Numbered from the stretch's first letter, positions 26,446-37,042 are shown. The stretch is DNA of 64,000 bases from an uncultured Candidatus Saccharibacteria bacterium (GCA_964450735.1 CAYVDC010000005.1:22628-86627); one strand, 5' to 3'. Notes: generated by a model from the letters alone, not told the origin. Numbers and translations: made by a program.

Positions 26446-26745
26446 ATGGATTTGAGTCCTCGGAGAGCGCTTACGGTGCACTTTTGATCGGGCACCTTTG
26501 TGCTCCGCTCAAAAGTGCACCGACGCGCCCTGAGCATCTCATCGCCTTACTCATTTGCAATCGAAACTTTTACGGTAAAAATTTCGATTGCAATACTCTG
26601 GGAAAGAAGATGCCAGGAGCACGGAGCCGAGTATGCCTGAAAGGGGCTTTCGGAGCGCGACCCGGCGCGAGAACGAGCCAAAAACTCAGCAGAGTTTTAT
26701 GGCGTCCCCTTTCAGGCATACTCGGCGTAGTGCCCTCCGAGAACC
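26446..26745 (-). repeat. Copy 3 of the intergenic structured element (core inverted), plus linker module and a large hairpin with 21-bp perfect arms
   Basis: Reverse complement of 26448-26545 matches the core of copies 1 and 2; module 26521-26580 matches 5291-5352; arms GCCGAGTATGCCTGAAAGGGG (26626-26646) and its complement (26706-26726). Confidence 0.6.
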
Positions 26746-26770
26746 CTAATCCAAACGACCTATGAGATCA

Positions 26771-28024
26771 TTAGTATCCCATTGCTTTCTGAATTCGCTC
26801 CAAAGCAACGATGAACGCGGCGCGGCGGAGGTCAGTTTTGAGATCGGTCGCTTTTGTGTAGATGACAGTGGACTGCTCGTCGAGGATTTTTTGGAGTTTT
26901 GCGTTTACGTCAGCTTCTGACCATCGCTCGCCTTTGAGATTCTGCTCCCATTCAAATGTAGAAACCGTCACGCCACCAGAGTTAGCCAAGATATCTGGCA
27001 CCACAGGAATTCCCATTGAAAGAAGAATTTCATCTGCTTCCGGAGTAAGCGGTCCATTTGCAAGCTCGAGAATAAGCTTTGCTTTTACATTAGCAGCATT
27101 TGCATCAGTGATCTGGTTTTCAAGAGCGGCTGGAATCAAAACATCACATGAAAGCTCAAGAAGTTCTGCATTGGTAATTGTTCGTGATCCTGGGAAGCCT
27201 TCAAGCTTGCCGTTTTCTTTCTTGTAGGCAGCAAGTGCTGCAATATCCAAACCGTCTTCTTTGATGATCGCATGCTTTGAGTCAGACGTTGCAATAACCT
27301 TGTGTCCGTGTGCAGTAAAGATTTCTGCAGCATGCCCTCCAACGTTTCCAAATCCTTGGATGACTACTGTTGAAGATTCTGGAAGATTGTAATGCTTTCG
27401 CAAAACATCAAAGACGTAAAATCCTCCGAGGCCTGTTGCCGCTCCGCGTCCTTCTGATCCGCCTTTGTCGAGCGGCTTGCCGGTAAATGTAGCACCAGTT
27501 GTATCTCCTGAGATCTTTGCGAATTCGTCAGTCATCCATGCCATGATTTCTGGTGTTGTGTTTACGTCTGGAGCTGGAACGTCTTTCTTTGGACCGAGGA
27601 TATCTGCCATACCGCGGACCCATCCACGTGACAATTTCTCAAGTTCAGATTTTGAGAGCTTCTTTGGATCTACGGTGATTCCTCCTTTTCCTCCTCCCAT
27701 AGGAATATCCACTACAGCGCATTTCAAAGCCATCCAAAACGCCAAAGCGCGGACTTCGTTGATATCGGTATCCTGGTGATAGCGAATTCCGCCTTTATAT
27801 GGACCTCGGGCATTGTTATGTTCCACTCTGTAGCCCTCATAAACGGCCGTAGAACCGTCATCCATGACAACTGGGATACTTATCATGACTTCGCGTTCTG
27901 GACGTGAAATTCGGCTCATAAAGGCCTCTGGGAAGTTTCCTAATGAGGCTGCGCGCTTCAATTGCTCAAGCGCATTTTCAAATGGATTGTGTTGCATATG
28001 GGACAAGTATACTCCTCTCACCAA
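26771..28024 (-). CDS. gdhA: Glutamate dehydrogenase (Glu/Leu/Phe/Val dehydrogenase family)
   Basis: PMGGGKGG catalytic glycine-rich motif; GFGNVG NAD(P) Rossmann motif. Confidence 0.9.
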   Translation of the reverse strand: MVRGVYLSHMQHNPFENALEQLKRAASLGNFPEAFMSRISRPEREVMISIPVVMDDGSTAVYEGYRVEHNNARGPYKGGIRYHQDTDINEVRALAFWMALKCAVVDIPMGGGKGGITVDPKKLSKSELEKLSRGWVRGMADILGPKKDVPAPDVNTTPEIMAWMTDEFAKISGDTTGATFTGKPLDKGGSEGRGAATGLGGFYVFDVLRKHYNLPESSTVVIQGFGNVGGHAAEIFTAHGHKVIATSDSKHAIIKEDGLDIAALAAYKKENGKLEGFPGSRTITNAELLELSCDVLIPAALENQITDANAANVKAKLILELANGPLTPEADEILLSMGIPVVPDILANSGGVTVSTFEWEQNLKGERWSEADVNAKLQKILDEQSTVIYTKATDLKTDLRRAAFIVALERIQKAMGY

Positions 28025-28090
28025 ACCTCACAACATCTAGACAGCAACAAAAAAGTGTTTCAATAAAACTGAAACACTTTTTGAGATGAA

Positions 28091-28705
28091 CTATTCTGAT
28101 GTTAGGACTTGAACAAATTTTTCCTGAAGCTTTGTTTCAAATGCAGCTTTTTCGTCATTTCCTACTTTTGAAACTTCTCCAGCAGAAGAATCATAAATTT
28201 TGTATTCTGAGGTACTGAGATCGAAATATACAAAATTTTCTCCTGTTATTGAACTTAATGACAATTCAGTTTCTGAAGGCGATGACATGAACAAAAGTTT
28301 TTGGGCAATTTCTACATCAGTAACTTCTTTGTGTCCTTCGTTTTTATCTAAATACACACCATCAGTTTTTCCATCTCCATTTCGATCCCAATAATACTTG
28401 CCTTCTTTGTGGACCAAAAAGCCCGTTGCATGTTGTCGTGAATCGTCTGAGTAGCTCACTTGGGTCAATTTACCATTACCAGAGAGAGATGCGGTTGGTA
28501 CGTTATTTACCGTACCCAGCGCATTTCCTTTTGCCGCTTTTTGGGCGATATCCAATTCTATCTTTTTTGCTTTGCTGATTAAGTCTTCCATTGTTCCCTG
28601 TGCCACAGCTTTTTCTGCCATACTCATCCCAACAACCAATATCAAAGCCTTGAGGACTTTTGAAGAGAGGCCTTCTTTCTTAAAAAATGAGGTTAGTTTT
28701 TCCAT
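28091..28705 (-). CDS. Hypothetical secreted protein
   Basis: Signal/TM segment near the N-terminus; D/G-rich repeats (DRNGDGKTDGVY); no confident motif. Confidence 0.4.
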   Translation of the reverse strand: MEKLTSFFKKEGLSSKVLKALILVVGMSMAEKAVAQGTMEDLISKAKKIELDIAQKAAKGNALGTVNNVPTASLSGNGKLTQVSYSDDSRQHATGFLVHKEGKYYWDRNGDGKTDGVYLDKNEGHKEVTDVEIAQKLLFMSSPSETELSLSSITGENFVYFDLSTSEYKIYDSSAGEVSKVGNDEKAAFETKLQEKFVQVLTSE

Positions 28706-28733
28706 TACAGAATTGTATCATGCGAATAAAAAA

Positions 28734-29450
28734 TTACTCAACATCCGCAACAATCGCCATATGATCGCTCACGCCGCTTATCAGTCGGACATTCTTGGCC
28801 GTATATGATGGTGTTGTAAACAATCCATCCACCATCCACTGCAAACCTTTTACTCGATGCAGGTCTTGGTCAAGGCTCGTCATGTAATGCGCAGGAATAT
28901 TATCTGTGTATCGTTCTGCCAACTTTGCAAAAGCTTCTTTGCCACGCGGCGCATTGAAATCGCCAGTAAGGATAAATTGCCCAGACTTTTCGAGAATGCT
29001 GATCATGGCATCAAAGTCAGTAAGCTGGTAATCAGTCGTATCACCATTTTGTGTCCACGGTCCATGAGTTGTTGCAACACGATAGCGCATATCTCCGATC
29101 TGAATTACGCACAAAAGCACTGCGTTTTGAACAGACTCTGGCAAAGCGGCTGGTGATGATTTATCAACAACAACCACGCGTTCTTCAGAACCGACATAAT
29201 AGCTTTTGTGAATTTCAGTCATCGGATATTTTGAAAAGACAGCAATGCCTGTTAATCCTTTTTGTTCAGTCGGAAGATCATATCCCATCGGGACAAAGTA
29301 TCCCTTCATACCAAGCTCAAGTCCAAAGAACGTAACATCAGCGCTCATGATTTCCTGCACACAAACAACATCGGGTTTTTCGATCCGCAAAAACGGAATG
29401 ACGCGATGGAGATGTTTGCTGCCTTCGATGTTGATTGAAACTAATTTCAT
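28734..29450 (-). CDS. Endonuclease/exonuclease/phosphatase (EEP) family protein
   Basis: VVCVQE, GDFNA and SDH catalytic motifs of the EEP fold. Confidence 0.75.
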   Translation of the reverse strand: MKLVSINIEGSKHLHRVIPFLRIEKPDVVCVQEIMSADVTFFGLELGMKGYFVPMGYDLPTEQKGLTGIAVFSKYPMTEIHKSYYVGSEERVVVVDKSSPAALPESVQNAVLLCVIQIGDMRYRVATTHGPWTQNGDTTDYQLTDFDAMISILEKSGQFILTGDFNAPRGKEAFAKLAERYTDNIPAHYMTSLDQDLHRVKGLQWMVDGLFTTPSYTAKNVRLISGVSDHMAIVADVE

Positions 29451-29522
29451 GATGACTTAGGATATATTTTTTAACCCAATTTGGCAAGAAAAAATCCGCC
29501 CCAAAGCGGAGTATTCCAACTT

Positions 29523-29930
29523 TTATTTTTCTATTTTCTCTCCTTCAACTATTTCCGTATCAACCTTTCCAAGATTCTTCCGAGTTGTGAGAAACGCTGG
29601 AATCAGCATACTTACCACCAATCCAACTAATGAAGCAATAATGACGCTTACTAACACAAGAAGTACATAGCCAAATTTTTTGTAGAGTTTTTTCTCTTTT
29701 AAAACAATACAAGAAATAATAAGAGCATATATCGGTCCAGCGATAATCCCAACTCTCATTCCCACAGTAAAACCAGATTGGAATGTTGAAGCCTGATCCA
29801 AGATGAATCCGCCAACAATTCCTGCAAGTATTGAGATTGCCAGAAGTCCCATAAGCAAAAAAGCCAGATAGAAGCCGATCGCTTCTTTCCAGTTTCGTTC
29901 ATAAGAGAAATCCATCAAATGTTTAAACAT
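29523..29930 (-). CDS. Hypothetical membrane protein (start trimmed to avoid tRNA-Ala)
   Basis: ORF track extends to 30047 across tRNA-Ala and its terminator; internal ATG at 29930 (MFKHL) chosen; three to four TM helices. Confidence 0.4.
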   Translation of the reverse strand: MFKHLMDFSYERNWKEAIGFYLAFLLMGLLAISILAGIVGGFILDQASTFQSGFTVGMRVGIIAGPIYALIISCIVLKEKKLYKKFGYVLLVLVSVIIASLVGLVVSMLIPAFLTTRKNLGKVDTEIVEGEKIEK

Positions 29931-29957
29931 ACGCCCTATAGTAGCAATAGTTTCGTA

Positions 29958-29986
29958 AAAAGCAAAAACGCCTTTCGGCGTTTTTT
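29958..29986 (-). terminator. Intrinsic terminator downstream of tRNA-Ala
   Basis: AAACGCC-tttc-GGCGTTT with a T-run on the minus strand. Confidence 0.5.
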
Positions 29987-29990
29987 CTGT

Positions 29991-30063
29991 GGACCCTAGC
30001 GGATTCGAACCGCTGACCTCCTCTTTGCAAAAGAGGCGCTCTACCAACTAAGCTAAGGGCCCA
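29991..30063 (-). tRNA. tRNA-Ala (anticodon UGC), no encoded CCA
   Basis: Reverse complement gives GGGCCCT...anticodon loop TTTGCAA...TTCGAATCC T-arm; G3:T70 (G3:U70) Ala identity pair present. Confidence 0.85.
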
Positions 30064-30111
30064 TGGCTATTTAACTCCGATAATCTTACCCTATTTTAGA
30101 TTTTTTGCAAC

Positions 30112-31023
30112 CTACGAGGCCTTGCCAAGGGCTTGTTTTATGATGTGATCTATAAAGTCAGGTACATGCGCCCCAACCTCTCGGAGCGACTCTCGAACCA
30201 TTGAGCTTTCGTGCATCGCAGGGTTTATAGTGGCTTTGGAGAAATATGCCTTCTTGGGAGCAACAACAAAGTGAAGCTCTGCAAAATGACGCAGTCCAAG
30301 CTTGTCATACAATGTCCGCGCATGCTTTGAAATCATCTCTTTTTCATTGCGGCTGATCCCCTGCCCAATAGGCAAAAATGAATATACCGGCTGGCCTCTA
30401 AAATTGTCAGCAACCAAGACCGAGGCATGTTTACCAGAAATGAATTCTTCTACGACGCAATCACCCGGCTTCTCCGATGCAGCTCGAAGCGCATCCAAAA
30501 GCTCGCCGCGAGTCTTGGCAGCAACTGACTGACCATCTGCAGATATAATTAACCACGGTGGTGAAAATTTGAGGAAAATATTTTGTGCATGCTCTTTGAG
30601 ATACACTTCTGGCGTGAGTTCAACTTGAGTCCGATAATCAGGAACAACATATTCATCGCTCGTATGGATCTTGTTTTCACGGGCGCGGTCCTTTGAGAGC
30701 AAGCTAGTAGCAACAGCAGAAGCAACTGGGCCAGAACCAGTGTACGGAATACCAAGCTCATCAAGCTGCGATTGCACAGTACCATCTTCGCCATATGCCC
30801 CGTGCAGAGCATTCCACACAACATCGACGCTCGACTTTAGTTGTTGAGAATCAACAGGCCGTCCAGCAATATGCCAGACACCATCTTTGGTCACCAAAAT
30901 ATCCACTGCTTTGTATGAGCTCGGAAAATGATCACGCAGCACCTGCAAAACAGCAGCGCCATTTTCAAGCGATGCAGCATACTGATGACTGATTCCTCCG
31001 CGAACAACTCCAACTCGTATCAT
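30112..31023 (-). CDS. ddl: D-alanine--D-alanine ligase
   Basis: NALHGAYGEDGTVQSQLDELGIPYTGSG N-terminal Ddl block; ATP-grasp C-terminal domain. Confidence 0.85.
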   Translation of the reverse strand: MIRVGVVRGGISHQYAASLENGAAVLQVLRDHFPSSYKAVDILVTKDGVWHIAGRPVDSQQLKSSVDVVWNALHGAYGEDGTVQSQLDELGIPYTGSGPVASAVATSLLSKDRARENKIHTSDEYVVPDYRTQVELTPEVYLKEHAQNIFLKFSPPWLIISADGQSVAAKTRGELLDALRAASEKPGDCVVEEFISGKHASVLVADNFRGQPVYSFLPIGQGISRNEKEMISKHARTLYDKLGLRHFAELHFVVAPKKAYFSKATINPAMHESSMVRESLREVGAHVPDFIDHIIKQALGKAS

Positions 31024-31035
31024 GCAAATATTATA

Positions 31036-32322
31036 CTACTTCAAAAAACTTTTTGCCCGTTTCTGCTTATGAAACGCAATTCCATACCGATGCGCTTCAC
31101 TATTAGCAAGAATAATTTCGCGCTTGTATTTTTTTGCCATAGCCTCGTCGCCCAAAATCTCACGGGCTTTGTGACGATCATCTTTGACTACCGAAACAAC
31201 CGGAACTTCCAGCTGATACCGATTCAACACCTGCTTGCCAATACGCAACTGCGCCTCGCCGCCATCCATTACCACAAGATCAGGCATGCCCCATTCAGTA
31301 TGACGAAAACGACGAGACAGAACTTCCTCGAGCGATCCAATATCATTGCTTCCGGTTTGGGTACGGATAATAAACTTGCGATATTCATTCTTCGCAACCT
31401 CTCCACCTTCGATAACCGTCATAACGCCAACCATGTTTTTGCCGCTCATATGCGCAATATCATACGCCTCAATACGAAATGACCGCTCTCCAGGAACCAC
31501 ATACCCCGTTTTTTCATTCTTGATCAGCGCGACATCGTTGATATGTTCAAGCGCAAATAGCTGGCGTCGGATTTCCCCCGCGCGCTCGAATTCCAATTTC
31601 TTGGCAAATGCCATCATCTGCTTGGTCAGCTCTTTGATAATGATTTTCTTCTTTCCTTCAAAAAACAATTGTATGTTTCGAATGTTTCGGAAATACGCTT
31701 TGCAATTTTCGTCAGACTGAATTTTCTCAATCGGATCGTCAGGATTGACTGTAGGAGTCAGCCCCAATTGCCGATAGAAATGATAATTATCTTTCTTGGC
31801 GGAACTCGCATCTATGTACGGAAAAATACGGCGAATGATTTTCATCGCTTCTTTGAGCGCGCCTCCAGAAGTAAACGGGCCGTAGATAGATTTCAGCTTG
31901 AAGCCTTCTGCTTCTTTGGTATCAAAATCAATTTCTTTGCCGCGGATCACCAACACCTTGGGCAGATCTTCTTTGGTAATACAAACATAGTTCCAGCTTT
32001 TGTCATCCTTTTCTTTGACGTTATAGTATGGCTGGTGTTTTTTGATCAAGTTCGCTTCCAGGATAAGCGCTTCAAGAACAGTATCAGTTTCCTGGTACTC
32101 GATCTTGGTTGATTTGAAGACCATGTCCAGGATCGATGGTCCGCGAGTGACAATAAGATCTTTGGTAAAATAACTTCGCGTACGGTCACGCAACGAAGTA
32201 GCTTTTCCGATATACAACAAAGTAGCGCCTTTCTTAAAGAAATAGACGCCAGGCTTGTCAGGAAGTTTCAATTTTGCGTGCTGTTTGATATCCACGATAT
32301 GGGCATTATAACAAATAGCCAT
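31036..32322 (-). CDS. uvrC: Excinuclease ABC subunit C-like, short form lacking the C-terminal (HhH)2 domain
   Basis: GIY-YIG (PGVYFFKKGATLLYIGKATSLRDR), UVR domain (KKLEFERAGEIRRQL), RNaseH-like endonuclease block (EAYDIAHMSG); ends at 428 aa. Confidence 0.75.
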   Translation of the reverse strand: MAICYNAHIVDIKQHAKLKLPDKPGVYFFKKGATLLYIGKATSLRDRTRSYFTKDLIVTRGPSILDMVFKSTKIEYQETDTVLEALILEANLIKKHQPYYNVKEKDDKSWNYVCITKEDLPKVLVIRGKEIDFDTKEAEGFKLKSIYGPFTSGGALKEAMKIIRRIFPYIDASSAKKDNYHFYRQLGLTPTVNPDDPIEKIQSDENCKAYFRNIRNIQLFFEGKKKIIIKELTKQMMAFAKKLEFERAGEIRRQLFALEHINDVALIKNEKTGYVVPGERSFRIEAYDIAHMSGKNMVGVMTVIEGGEVAKNEYRKFIIRTQTGSNDIGSLEEVLSRRFRHTEWGMPDLVVMDGGEAQLRIGKQVLNRYQLEVPVVSVVKDDRHKAREILGDEAMAKKYKREIILANSEAHRYGIAFHKQKRAKSFLK

Positions 32323-32345
32323 TAAATTTAATCGCTATTTGATGT

Positions 32346-32771
32346 TTGACTATTAGCTTAAAATATAGTATAATACCGACAACTAAAACAAATTCGATGA
32401 AAACTAAATCCCTACTTATTGCTGGAGTCGCACTGCTGACCATTCATCCGTACGACAAAAAAGTTGCACCAACAACTACGTCAGAATTGATTACATTTGT
32501 ATCACCTGAAGACAGAACACCAGGACAGCTTGCCTATGCCGTGATTACCTACTTGTGGGAAAAAAGCAAAATCTCTACTGAGGTGCTGCAGAACCACATT
32601 AACAGCTTGAGTTTAGATACTTCCGAAATTAAGATTACGGAACTAAAAGTATTCGATACTGACTACAAGGAAATCAAGAACGCTGCCGACAACATTTTGG
32701 ATGTATTCAATACATCGATTATGGACAAAAAACAAATTAAAGAACTCAAACCCAAAAAAGCAACGGCATGA
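32346..32771 (+). CDS. Hypothetical protein (possible secreted; alternative start at 32397)
   Basis: MKTKSLLIAGVALL signal-like segment; no motif. Confidence 0.35.
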   Translation: MTISLKYSIIPTTKTNSMKTKSLLIAGVALLTIHPYDKKVAPTTTSELITFVSPEDRTPGQLAYAVITYLWEKSKISTEVLQNHINSLSLDTSEIKITELKVFDTDYKEIKNAADNILDVFNTSIMDKKQIKELKPKKATA

Positions 32772-33046
32772 AAGAGAACTATTTAACCTTAAAAAGAATC
32801 TTCAGTATTATTGGCGGTACGCTGCTCGCAATCGGATTGAATATTGCGTATATACGCTTGAACCCATCACTTTTTGGCCCTACAACTCTTACTGGCCCTG
32901 AAGGTGCTCCTGTGCACATATCGGTGAACACTATAATTGGTTTCAGTAGTATATTTGTATTGATTGTGATTGCTTTTATTATTGGGCTTCACTATTGCAT
33001 ATGGTCCGAAAACAAAAAAGATGCCCGAAGAACTATAGAAATGTAA
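32768..33046 (+). CDS. Hypothetical small membrane protein
   Basis: Two TM helices; 92 aa. Confidence 0.35.
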   Translation: MKENYLTLKRIFSIIGGTLLAIGLNIAYIRLNPSLFGPTTLTGPEGAPVHISVNTIIGFSSIFVLIVIAFIIGLHYCIWSENKKDARRTIEM

Positions 33047-33067
33047 CAAAATACGATTATCCAAACT

Positions 33068-33097
33068 AGCCCTGAGTAATTCTCGGGGCTGTTTTTT
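33068..33097 (+). terminator. Rho-independent terminator
   Basis: AGCCCTGAG-taatt-CTCGGGGCT followed by a T-run. Confidence 0.65.
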
Positions 33098-33181
33098 ATT
33101 GAATATGTTCCGTTGACGCATCTGGGAGTATGTACTATAGTCACGGAAATACTGCGATTTTGCGAAAACTTATTTAACATT

Positions 33182-33517
33182 ATGGACATGGTACTTTTAA
33201 CTCTTAACGTCAACAGTAAAATGTACGCTCGACTGAAAAATAATTCTAAAACAATTGAGCTGCGAACTTCTTCGAAAATTATAGATTCTATTCAGACGGG
33301 ATATACGATCAAGTTTAGAGAAACAGGAACAGAGGCATTTCTCAACAAAACTATTTCCAATGTCCAACGGTTTCAATCGCTCGAAGTTGCGCTTTTAGAA
33401 CTTGATGTATCTGCAGTTATACCCAATACGTCTTACGCTGAAGCAAAACAAGCGATAAAAAATTCATTTCCACTTCATAACCACGACAAAGAAATTGTTG
33501 CATTTTATTTACAATAA
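33182..33517 (+). CDS. ASCH/PUA-like domain protein
   Basis: ARLKNNSKTIELRTSSK...IQTGYTIKFRE pattern resembles the ASCH fold (sGrKtvElR...vGD); ORF opens at 33113. Confidence 0.45.
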   Translation: MDMVLLTLNVNSKMYARLKNNSKTIELRTSSKIIDSIQTGYTIKFRETGTEAFLNKTISNVQRFQSLEVALLELDVSAVIPNTSYAEAKQAIKNSFPLHNHDKEIVAFYLQ

Positions 33518-33547
33518 TTCATTTACCGCCAAAACAATATAGTAATA

Positions 33548-33577
33548 TCGCCCGAACATAATCGGGCGTTTTTTTAT
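33548..33577 (+). terminator. Rho-independent terminator
   Basis: CGCCCGA-acataa-TCGGGCG followed by a T-run. Confidence 0.65.
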
Positions 33578-33654
33578 TGCATTGACTGAAATTACCAATA
33601 TTGTATAGTCAGCATAAGACACCAATTATCTAACAACACTAAATACCACAATGT

Positions 33655-33966
33655 ATGGAAACAGCAGGAAAATCCCTTTCGAAAGGCTCATGCGTACGCA
33701 TTAGTACTTTTACGTATCAACAATGGATTGCTCGCGCGATTCAACTTCAAATTGATTTAAAAGACTACTACGAACCATCGAGTACACCCAGCGAAGCACC
33801 GTCACCACCAATGTGCAGCAAGCTTAAAGAAGGCAAGGAAAAAGAATGGATTGAAATGAACACCAAGCTTGACTACCCCGGCAGAGAATTTACCGTTGAG
33901 GTAAAACATCAGGGAATGATGCGGGCATGGGTTACATTAACCAATGAACCAACTAAATCTGAATAA
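33655..33966 (+). CDS. Hypothetical protein
   Basis: 103-aa ORF; no motif. Confidence 0.3.
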   Translation: METAGKSLSKGSCVRISTFTYQQWIARAIQLQIDLKDYYEPSSTPSEAPSPPMCSKLKEGKEKEWIEMNTKLDYPGREFTVEVKHQGMMRAWVTLTNEPTKSE

Positions 33967-34333
33967 AATTAAATTACGACCTAAAACAAATTTTATGAAA
34001 ACGAAACAAATCCTTATCGCCTTATTCTGGATTACACTGTATACCGGATATACCTATTTATTTTGGACACACTTTGCTCCTTCCTTGCAGAACGATCCTC
34101 GGAACGAGACTCGCGACCCGGGCTTCTTTGCTTCTTCCTTTTTTATGATTTGGCTCGGTCCTATATTGGCCGGGACAATAAACAAGACTCACCCAAGAAT
34201 AACACTGGGGATACTGTGGTTTTCTTCTCTACTATCTCCTTTTTGGTATCTTGCAATAGGCCTCATCTGGCTCTGCATACAAGGAGCCAAGAAAGTAGTT
34301 ATCTTTTTCAGAACCGTCAACTGGGCAATTTAA
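33944..34333 (+). CDS. Hypothetical membrane protein
   Basis: Three TM helices; 129 aa. Confidence 0.35.
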   Translation: MNQLNLNKIKLRPKTNFMKTKQILIALFWITLYTGYTYLFWTHFAPSLQNDPRNETRDPGFFASSFFMIWLGPILAGTINKTHPRITLGILWFSSLLSPFWYLAIGLIWLCIQGAKKVVIFFRTVNWAI

Positions 34334-34362
34334 AATTCAATCGAGGTTTTCACCTAAAATAC

Positions 34363-34399
34363 AAAAGCCGCCTTTCTTTCGACTGGCGGCTTTTTTTCT
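34363..34399. terminator. Bidirectional terminator between the convergent hypothetical gene and uvrA
   Basis: AAGCCGCC-tttctttcgact-GGCGGCTT with T-runs on both strands. Confidence 0.65.
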
Positions 34400-34438
34400 T
34401 TCCCACTTCGCTCGAGACGAGCTTCGCGGGACAGGCCT

Positions 34439-37042
34439 TTATTTCCGCAATACTTTCTTGAGATACTTTCCCGTATGCGACTTTGGATTGTTCGCCACTT
34501 CTTCTGGCGTTCCAACTGCTACGATCTTTCCACCGCCGACGCCGCCCTCTGGGCCAATGTCGATGAGATAGTCAGAGCATTTGATGATATCCATGTTGTG
34601 CTCAATGAGGACGACAGTATTCCCTTTCGTAACAAGCAATTGTAATACTTCGAGCAGTTTCGCCACATCGTCGTAGTGAAGTCCGACAGTAGGTTCATCC
34701 AACAAGTAAATTGTTTTCTCAACATGTGGACGATAGAGTTCAGAGCTGATCTTCACGCGCTGCGCTTCTCCACCGGAGAGTGTTGTTGCGCTCTGGCCAA
34801 GCTTCACATATGACAATCCTACTTCTCCAAGCGTCTTGATGCGGTCATGGATAGCAGGAACATCTTCGAAAAATGTCAGAGCTTCCTCAACAGTCATTTC
34901 AAGAATGTCGTGAATATTTTTCTTTTTGTATTTAACAGCCAATGTTTCCTTGTCGAATCGTTTTCCTCCGCAGATATCACAGGTTACATACACAGTCGGG
35001 AGGAAGTGCATTTCAACAGCAATCTCGCCGTTTCCTTCGCAGGCCTCGCAGCGTCCGCCTTTGACGTTAAATGAAAATCGGTTCGACTTCCATCCGCGCA
35101 AGCGAGCTTCTTCGGTTGCAGCAAACATGTCGCGGATATGAGTCCATGCTCCAGTATAGGTAGCAATGTTTGAACGCGGTGTTCGGCCAATCGGAGACTG
35201 GTCGATCAAAATTGCGCGAGACACATACTCTGCGCCAGTAAATGAAGCTACATTGTAGCGATTGTTTGAACGATAGCGTCGGTCAAGCTTTGCAGCCAAG
35301 TTCTTGTGCAAGATCTCGTACATAAACGATGACTTTCCTGAACCAGAAACACCGGTGATAGTGATCATGCGTCCAAGCGGAACTTCAACATTCATATCTT
35401 TGATATTGAATACATTTCCGTTGACGATCTTGATCGAGCCTTTGTCTTTGTTTCGACGCTCGTCTGGTACTGGGATCTTGATCTCTTCGCGAAGGTATCC
35501 GAGCGTTCGTGAACCGCTGTCGTTTTTCTTGGCTGCGATGAGATCATCCAAATATCCTGAGACAATCACCTGTCCTCCGTGAACACCCGCTTTTGGTCCG
35601 ATATCAACGATATAGTCTGAAGCATAAATAGTATCTTCGTCGTGTTCAACAACGAGGATCGTGTTACCAAGATCTCTGAGGTTCAAAAGTGTTTCAATCA
35701 GGCGTTCATTGTCTCGCTGGTGAAGTCCAATCGTCGGTTCATCGAGCACATACAAAGCTCCCACTAGTCGTGAACCGAGCTGTGAAGCGAGACGAATGCG
35801 CTGCGCTTCTCCACCTGAGAGCGTATTAGCGCGGCGATCAAGGGTGAGATAATCTAGTCCCACATCGAGCATAAACTGCAAACGGGCTTCGATTTCTCGA
35901 ACGACGGGAACTGAGATTTCTTTGTCTTTGGGTGAAAGTTTCAATCCTTGCGTAAATGTTTGTGCGTCAAAAATTGACTGTGAAGCAAACTTCACGATAT
36001 TGATGCGAGTTTTTGGATTGTCACCAATGAAAACGTTCAAGGCTTCTTTGCGAAGACGTGCGCCTCCGCAGTCATCACATGGCTCATCGCCAAAGAAATG
36101 CTTGGTTCCAAGACCATTACAGGTAGGACATGCGCCGTATGGTGAGTTAAATGAGAACAATCGTGGTTCGATTTCTGGGAATGAGAATCCATCGTTTGGA
36201 CATGCGAACTTTGCAGAGAGTAAAAACTCTTCCTGGCCATCAAACTGCACGATCACCAAGCCGTCAGCTTCTAGGAGTGCTCGCTCAACTGCTTCTGAGA
36301 GTCGCAATCGGCTGGCATCTTTGTCGGACTTGAATTCATGCACGCCGAACTCATCCACCAATACTTCGATATTGTGAGCTTTTGTTTTTGAGAGAACGAT
36401 CTGTTCGCGCAAATTCTTCATCGTTCCATCAAGTCGGATGTGTGAAAATCCTTTGCCGAGCAAATCATAGAGCATCTGGTAGTGCTCGCCTTTTCGTCCA
36501 CGAACAAGCGGTGCAAAAATGTGTACCTTTGCTGTATCCCATTCAACACCCATGACTGACTTTTTCTTTGAACCGTCTTTCATGTATGTCTGCATCTTTT
36601 CCAATACAAAGTTCACAATTTCTTCATTTGAAAGTTTCTTGATCTCTGTTCCGCATTCAGGACAGATTGGTTTACCAACACGCGCGTAAAACACGCGGAG
36701 GTAGTCGTATATCTCCGTAATAGTAGCAACTGTTGAACGCGGGTTATTTGAGCGAGATTTTTGGTCGATTGAAATAGCTGGCGACAAACCAGTAATCTCG
36801 TCAACATCAGGCTTTGGCATTTGATTGAGGAACTGTCGTGCATATGCAGAAAGTGACTCAACATAGCGTCGCTGGCCTTCGGCGAAAATAGTATCAAAAG
36901 CAAGCGATGACTTTCCTGATCCTGACATACCTGTAATAACCACCATCTTGTTTCGTGGCATTTCTACGTCGATATTTTTCAGGTTATGAGTTCTGGCACC
37001 TTTTACGATGATTGAATCTTGTTGTTTGAGTTCTTTTTTCAT
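34439..37042 (-). CDS. uvrA: Excinuclease ABC subunit A
   Basis: Two ABC ATPase modules ([14 protein letters not shown]; GVSGSGKSS), zinc-finger [22 protein letters not shown] signatures. Confidence 0.95.
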   Translation of the reverse strand: MKKELKQQDSIIVKGARTHNLKNIDVEMPRNKMVVITGMSGSGKSSLAFDTIFAEGQRRYVESLSAYARQFLNQMPKPDVDEITGLSPAISIDQKSRSNNPRSTVATITEIYDYLRVFYARVGKPICPECGTEIKKLSNEEIVNFVLEKMQTYMKDGSKKKSVMGVEWDTAKVHIFAPLVRGRKGEHYQMLYDLLGKGFSHIRLDGTMKNLREQIVLSKTKAHNIEVLVDEFGVHEFKSDKDASRLRLSEAVERALLEADGLVIVQFDGQEEFLLSAKFACPNDGFSFPEIEPRLFSFNSPYGACPTCNGLGTKHFFGDEPCDDCGGARLRKEALNVFIGDNPKTRINIVKFASQSIFDAQTFTQGLKLSPKDKEISVPVVREIEARLQFMLDVGLDYLTLDRRANTLSGGEAQRIRLASQLGSRLVGALYVLDEPTIGLHQRDNERLIETLLNLRDLGNTILVVEHDEDTIYASDYIVDIGPKAGVHGGQVIVSGYLDDLIAAKKNDSGSRTLGYLREEIKIPVPDERRNKDKGSIKIVNGNVFNIKDMNVEVPLGRMITITGVSGSGKSSFMYEILHKNLAAKLDRRYRSNNRYNVASFTGAEYVSRAILIDQSPIGRTPRSNIATYTGAWTHIRDMFAATEEARLRGWKSNRFSFNVKGGRCEACEGNGEIAVEMHFLPTVYVTCDICGGKRFDKETLAVKYKKKNIHDILEMTVEEALTFFEDVPAIHDRIKTLGEVGLSYVKLGQSATTLSGGEAQRVKISSELYRPHVEKTIYLLDEPTVGLHYDDVAKLLEVLQLLVTKGNTVVLIEHNMDIIKCSDYLIDIGPEGGVGGGKIVAVGTPEEVANNPKSHTGKYLKKVLRK

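Noticed and set aside
29931-30047. N-terminal 39 codons of the ORF called 29523..30047
   Set aside because: This stretch runs through tRNA-Ala (29991-30063) and its terminator hairpin; the gene start was moved to the internal ATG at 29930.
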